Of a stretch of 64,000 nucleotides of DNA, positions 57,531 to 64,000 are shown piece after piece. Made by a program: the position numbers and the translations under genes. Positions within the stretch are counted from its first letter, which is position 1. Every line of letters starts with the position of its first letter. The stretch lies in the NCBI RefSeq assembly GCF_009914755.1, contig NC_060937.1. One strand, 5' to 3'. The notes below the pieces were generated by a model, which saw only the letters and a list, made by a program, of their open reading frames with translations, made no database searches and was not told where the DNA came from. The stretch is from the human T2T-CHM13v2.0 reference genome, Homo sapiens.

Positions 57531-59825
57531 CACTTTCTCCATGCTCAGCATTCTCCTTTGCCTTGTAAATTTCCCCCTTTCTTCTACTTTTGTTTGATAA
57601 ATTATACACTCATCCTCCAGGTTAATATGCTAAATTTGCCTCACGTATGTTCTGCACTTAAATTCAACATTTAGTAACCAGAAAGTTTGGAAAACATTCA
57701 GAATAGATCTTAAAGTGTGGATTCTATGATATATTATTATGGGGTTTTATTGCACGTAGTCATTCCAGTCATTTATTGATCCTTAAGAAGTGCCTGAAGC
57801 ATGCTACATATGTTGTCTCATTTAATTCTCACAAACCCCCATGAAATGAGTACAACTGTCCATTGTTCTACTGACAAAAAACTGAGACATAAAGTTCAGT
57901 AGCTTTCCAGGTCTCATGCTGAAACCTGTGTAACCCTAAACCCAAAGAATATGGATCACTGATTTCTATTATGTATAATTCACTGTGTGTCTGCATAATG
58001 GACTCTGCATAAAAATCTGATTGCATTTTACTAATATTATAACATGATACAATCTACTTCACACTATCTTTGTAGTGAGATCACACTTATGCTATTTCTT
58101 TGCAGAATATAAAAAGTCAATATTAGTTAATTCATGATGGATAATTTCATTTGCTAAAAGAATAAATACTAGAGTAAAAGTGCTGTCTATCATCTGAGGA
58201 AACCATTGGCAAATGTATGAAATGAACTTTCTATTCTCATGAAAGGGATTTTAAACACTAAGAGTAGTGAGTACATGAGTTTGCAAGAGGTGCCTTCATT
58301 TATTCTATATATATAGAGAGAGAAAGAGAGGCAGAGAAAGGGCGGGGGAAAGAGCATCTCCATACCACGAAACAGGACGGTTCTTAGAAATACAGTGAAG
58401 AACAAGAGAAAGATGGCCTTGGCCTCCTCAACTTCTTGTAACAGCAGAGAAAGAAGATAACCCAGTTGGCAAATGAATACGACACGAGCTGTCAGGTTAC
58501 AGCTGATACTACAAGTTTGCCACCTTTGAGAATGTTTTTGTAACACACTACTCAATGTTAGCAGATTCTAGGTTATGAAAATAATTAAATCCTTGATTGC
58601 AGAAAGAACATCATCAAAGGAAAGTCCCTTGGCAATGAGTAGATGTGAACATGCTTCTATTTAGGAACTTCTTCTGGATGTGCTCCAAGGGTGCGCTGAT
58701 GTAAGGAAAGCGTGGCCAGGATGCACGGGGCAGGGCAGGCTGACCTGGCTCACAGGCGGAGGCCTGTCTCCCTCATCACACCCACTGCACCCACCGTCAA
58801 AGAGCTTGGCCTTCCTGGAGAGGAAGCTTTGCATAGTCACGATGTCTGCCAAGACTCATGCTGCCTTCTGTGATATGCAGTGAGATTTGGGGAAGATAGT
58901 CAGAGACTAGACATTGGAACACATAAAAGAATTGGAGTGCCATAGGAAAGAAGGCCCCTTCAGGCAACATTTCAAGTTACAGATAAAGTTAATGGGAAGA
59001 CAGTATGCCTCAGTGAGGAATGAGTTTGAACCTGAGCCATTTTGTCCAGTTGTGTGTAATAATGAAATAAAAGAGTAATTGTTGCTTTAATTTTGTGTGT
59101 GTGGAAAATGCATTCATGGTATTTTATTAAAAGTATGATATTGCTGTTAGTAGTGGAAACAATTATAGTGCCTTGGGGGATTGAAGAACCTTTCTATGGG
59201 GCTTGTCTTATAGCTTCATTTTAAGTAGCAGAGAATGGAATACAATCAATCAATCTCTTAATACTCTGTGGCATTCTGTGTACTAATGAATTCACCTTTG
59301 CTGTTCAAATGGAAATACAGGTCACCTTTCAACTGTGAATTTATTCGAGTAATTGGTATATAGTTTGATGTATTTGACTTAACTAATTTGGATATATGTG
59401 GCTTTGTTCTGACGTGCTTTGTGAGAATGGTGGAAACATTGCCAAGGGCTAATGGCACCAGTGGAAGGTTAATGTGCAAAAGTAAACTTTTATTGCTTTA
59501 AGCCAATGGGCCTTAATGAATTAAAAAATAAAAATAAAAATTCAGTGACCTAATGCCCGTGTGAACCTAGTGAAGTAATTTCTATCATTTTGCTTTTCTG
59601 TTCTACAATGGATGCATACACAAGACACTTTGAAACAGTAAACTTTAAAAAATCTGTTTCACTTTCTCATTCATTTGCATGATTGTAATACGAAATTATG
59701 TTGCCCAACCATGGAATAAGTTTGAAGATGACAAGAAACACCACCAATCATCATAATAAATAGGGTCAGATGGCACAGAAGCCGTAGTCTTTGGTTTTCA
59801 CAGCTGTTTGCATTTTAGATATTAA

Positions 59826-60110
<285 letters not shown>

Positions 60111-61288
60111 TGATAAGCTGCAATTATTATTAATTACTGTATTGAAGTTTGTAAATAATCTAGAGTTTCTACCCTAAAGAAATCACTTTTAAAAACTAAT
60201 AGCATTCAAAATAAGTAAAATAATATTGTATCAATTATACAGTATTAGGCAATCATCCTTTCTTTTTTCCTACAAGTTGTCCTTATTCCTCTAATGAAAT
60301 TTTACTATTCTTTGCTCGTGATCCAGCTCTTATAAAGGCAAATACAGCCTGCCTTGTAGTATTTTAGAAACAAAGTAGGGGGTAAGTGAATAAACAAATA
60401 AATAACTACATTTAAAAATATTATATTATAAATAACTGCATTTAAAATATATTAGGTTCGTGTGCAAGAAATTGTTGCTGGTTCTGTTCAGGGCAAAAAT
60501 GAGGTAAAAGTCAACAAGTATTCGATTTGGTGGTCTTTACAACTAATTTAAAGATAGAAACTTAATTTTGAAAAATATAGAAATTAATGTAAGATATCAA
60601 TCTAATTTATGATTGTCTCTCAAGACAAAAAGTAATGCTATATTTCTTCACATTATAGCAAACTGTAGTAGAGGGGGTCATGCCCTTAACTTCCAGAAGC
60701 TCCTTAACATCACATAAATTTTCAACCTTGATTGCACCTGGGGATCATGTGGGTGTTATTAAAATACTGACACCTGACTCCCAACCTGAGTTGAGCCCAC
60801 AAAGATTCTTACTTATTTTTTCTGGGATGTAGCTTGACCGCTGGGAGTTGTTAAGACTTCCCAGGTTATTCTAATTTATGGCCAACATTGGGGAAAAACT
60901 GCATGAAAGAGAAACTGGTGTATACCAAAGGCTCAAGAGATCTGGAATGCAAGTTATTATACAGTCAGCAGAACAGAAAAAGAACAGAGAATATTGTGAT
61001 AGAAGACAGTTTGCCAAAGAATATAGGCGTTTTCTCTCTAGCACTGGAAATAGATACAAAGAGAGATTTCAAGGTAACGTTTTCCTTCTCTGGAATGTTT
61101 TGGTTATGAAACGTCTCTGTTTTACACTCAGATCCTCATATGGCTTCCATGATATTTTCAAGGAGCCATGTCTCATTAGTCCCTAGATCCTAGGTTTAAT
61201 TTTAAGCAAGCCTAGACTAGGCACATTCTGCTAAGAGTCTTCCATAGATTAATATTCTCTTCATGGCAAATATCGTAAGCCTGTTTTT

Positions 61289-61594
61289 TTGTTTGTTTTT
61301 GTTGTTGTTGTTGTTGAGACAGAGTCTCACTCTGTCGCCCAGGCTGGAGTGCAGTGGCGCAATCTCGGCTCACTGCAAGCTCCGTCTCCTGGTTCACGCC
61401 ATTCTCCTGCCTCAGCCGCCTGAGTAGCTGGGACTACAGGCACCCGCCATCACGCCCAGCGAATTTTTTGTATTTTTAGTAGAGATGGGGTTTCACCATG
61501 TTCGCTAGGATAGTCTGGATCTCCTGACCTCGTGATCCACCCGCCTTGGCCTCCCGAAGTGCTGGGATTACAGGCGTGAGCCACCATGCCCGCC
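61289..61594 (-). mobile_element. AluY/AluSc8-like element, antisense
   Basis: Diagnostic gcaagctccg…ggttcacgccattctcc and a (TTG)n tail. TSD TAAGCCTGTTTTT at 61276-88 and 61597-609. Confidence 0.93.
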
Positions 61595-61822
61595 CATAAG
61601 CCTGTTTTTCGGGAGGTCTAGTTATCAGCATGTTTGCACGTCCCAGTAGAAAACAGACCTCTTCCATGAACATATCAGTGCAAGTCATTGTTGCTGTTAC
61701 TAGGAAAGTGTTATTTCTGTGTATTTATGTGTGAGAGAGAAAGAGGAAGGAAAGGAGAAGGAAGAGGAGTTGGAAGGGAAACAAGGAGCACAGGGGACAG
61801 GGAGAGACTGTCACTTCTTCAC

Positions 61823-61882
61823 GTGTGTGTGTCTGTGTGTGTCTGTGTGTGTGTGTGTGTGTATATATATATAGAGAGAGAG
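61823..61882. repeat. (TG)n(TA)n(GA)n compound microsatellite
   Basis: Seen directly in the sequence. Confidence 0.9.
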
Positions 61883-63082
61883 ATTAGATATGTTAATTTT
61901 TATATTTTTCAAAATTAAGTTCCTATCTTTAAATTAGTTGTAAAGACCACCAAATCAAATACTTGTTGACTTTTACTTTATTTTTGTCCCTAACAAATAT
62001 TTTTCTATATATAGATGATATAGATAGTATCTGACTTTTAATGAACACATATATCACTATGCTCCCAATCAACAAATCAGCAGTTGCTTTCTTGATCTTT
62101 GAAATAAAGCCACACCACCACCATCTCTCATCCCCTCGACAGCTGCCAGTCGGTTTTAAACCACCATCCCTCTTTTCTGGGTACACAGCTTTCTTCCTCT
62201 TCTCCCAGGTTCCATCTTTGCCTGCACTATACTGTTTCCCATTCACAGCCGGGTCATGTCACTTCTGTATCTGAAATGCTCCAACAGCTTTCCTTCTCTC
62301 ATAAGTAAAAGCCAAAGTCCTGCTTATGGCCACACCATGATCTGTCTCAAGCCCCAGCCCACAGCCGTTGCAACTTCTCCAGTCACTTTCCCTCTGCGCT
62401 CTGCTCTGCTGACACCGGCCACCTTGCTGCTCCTTCAGCGCTGGCCCGTGCTCCTGCTCTGTGTGCTCTTGCCGGGTTTCCACCCAGCACATGCCTCTCA
62501 GATGTACACGGCTCGCTTGCTGACTTGCTGTGGGTCTCTGCTCAACGTGATCTAAAGGAGCAGCCCTCCCTGGCTTGCCCTATGGGGTATAGTAACTCAC
62601 CACTGACGCCTCACAAGCAACTCCACTTCCATTCCTTTATCTTGTTCTTTCCCATCTTTTATAGCACACTTGTCACCAAACCCATCATAGGTTCATGTGA
62701 CTATTTTCTATTTCCTAGAATGTTAGCTCCATGAGAGACAGGACTTGTCATATTTTCATGAATATTATAATGCCCAGGAGAGTGCCTGATACTCGGAGAT
62801 GCTCAGTAGATTTGTTAAGGAGATAAGCTAATTAATTAATGTTACTACTTAATTAATATCTGACACTGTGATAGATATTGGGGTGAAAAGATGCAAAATG
62901 CATATACTGTGTCATCTGAGGGAGACAGAAAAATAAACCACTGATTGCAGTGGACTGGAGAGGGATAAGCAGATGATAGCGAAGGAGGCAAACAATGGGG
63001 CCACAATTATTTTGTTGTGGCTGCTTCTGGGCATCAGTTACAAAGGCTTTTCTCACTCTCCTGGTCCGGCTTAATAACCCAT

Positions 63083-63409
63083 TTGTCCAAGCTCTCATAA
63101 CATACACTCCTTGCTTCTCTGTAGATATTGCCACAATGGGGTATAATTAATGGAATATGTGGCTTTTTCTCTCTGCTAGACTGAAATCTCAAAAACTGTG
63201 ACTGTCTTGGATACTTTTCTTAGCAAGTGATGCATAGTGAATACTTGTCCAAGGTCTCATAACATACACTCCTTGCTTCTCCGTAGATCTTGTCACAATA
63301 GATTATAATTAATGGAATATGTGGTTTTTTCTCTCTGCTAGACTGAAATCTCAAAAACTGTGGCTGTCTTGGATACTTTTCTGTTCTTAGCATGTGATGC
63401 ATAGTGAAT
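63083..63409. repeat. Tandem duplication of a ~160-bp unit (63083-63242 and 63245-63409) within an L2-like remnant
   Basis: Two near-identical copies of ttgtccaag.tctcataacatacactccttgcttctc…gtgatgcatagtgaat. An L2-type (GAAT)n tail follows at about 63428-40. Confidence 0.95.
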
Positions 63410-64000
63410 TTTCAATGCATAGTCAACGAATGAATGAATGAGCTCTAAGGATATAAGGGTCTCTTTGGGTGAAGACCTAGGTAACAGTATACAGAGTATA
63501 ATCTAAGCCTAGGTGACAGAGTATAAAGATTCATAAATGGTAGCATCTGAAGGAAAAGGAAATGAGAAGGTTAAACTGATGAAGTAGATGGAAGCCACTT
63601 TATTAACTCCCAACCCAGTGCAAGGATATTGTATTTTTATGTTGTTATGCAAAGGTTGTGAGACTAAGACAAAGTGGAGGATGAATCTGGAGGACGGATA
63701 AGGAAACCTCGTGGCAGCTGAAGGAGGAGGTGCTCAGTGCTAAAGTCTCCTTTTCCTGGGGTTACCAAATAAATAAAAACAAATGAAAAATTGCAGGTTG
63801 CTGGAGAGATGAAATTACAGGGTTTCAAAATGTCTTAGGTACTGAAAAAGGCAATGTAGCCATCTAAAATGTCAAGTGTGAGTATCTGTGCTGTTGGCCT
63901 CACCTTTTGGGCGTCCCACATTACAGAGCCTGATGCTTCATCAGCACTGAGCTCTAATTATAGACGATCAGCGACTTTGAGGGAAAGAGAGAATGCGAGT

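Overview
This is primate (human or great-ape) genomic DNA lying inside the MYO16 (myosin XVI) gene on the + strand. Two coding exons are visible: 13817-14080 (…[31 protein letters not shown]…KVHF…HNDKE) and 59902-59972 ([24 protein letters not shown], ankyrin-repeat start). They are separated by a 45.8-kb GT-AG intron and join in frame. The rest is intronic and rich in transposon fossils: a full-length THE1 MaLR with both LTRs, a 3'-truncated L1PB-type 5' half, two twin-primed (5'-inverted) L1PA insertions, a multiply interrupted old L1M, several Alus with target-site duplications (TSDs), MLT/MST/MER21 LTRs, a MER44/Tigger element, and L2/MIR/MER5 fragments, plus microsatellites. No prokaryotic-type system, CRISPR array, tRNA or rRNA is present, and most ORF-track entries are repeat artefacts. 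The most interesting idea is an inference: the 264-nt exon carries the ATG, is open end to end and is flanked by inverted Alus, so a back-spliced circle would be a stop-less ORF of PP1-docking motifs. Other oddities are a perfect 18-bp hairpin, an AATTACAAG direct/inverted cluster, a 17-bp minisatellite containing a CRE site, and a 160-bp tandem duplication. Repeat subfamily names come from recalled consensus sequences and boundaries without TSDs are approximate.
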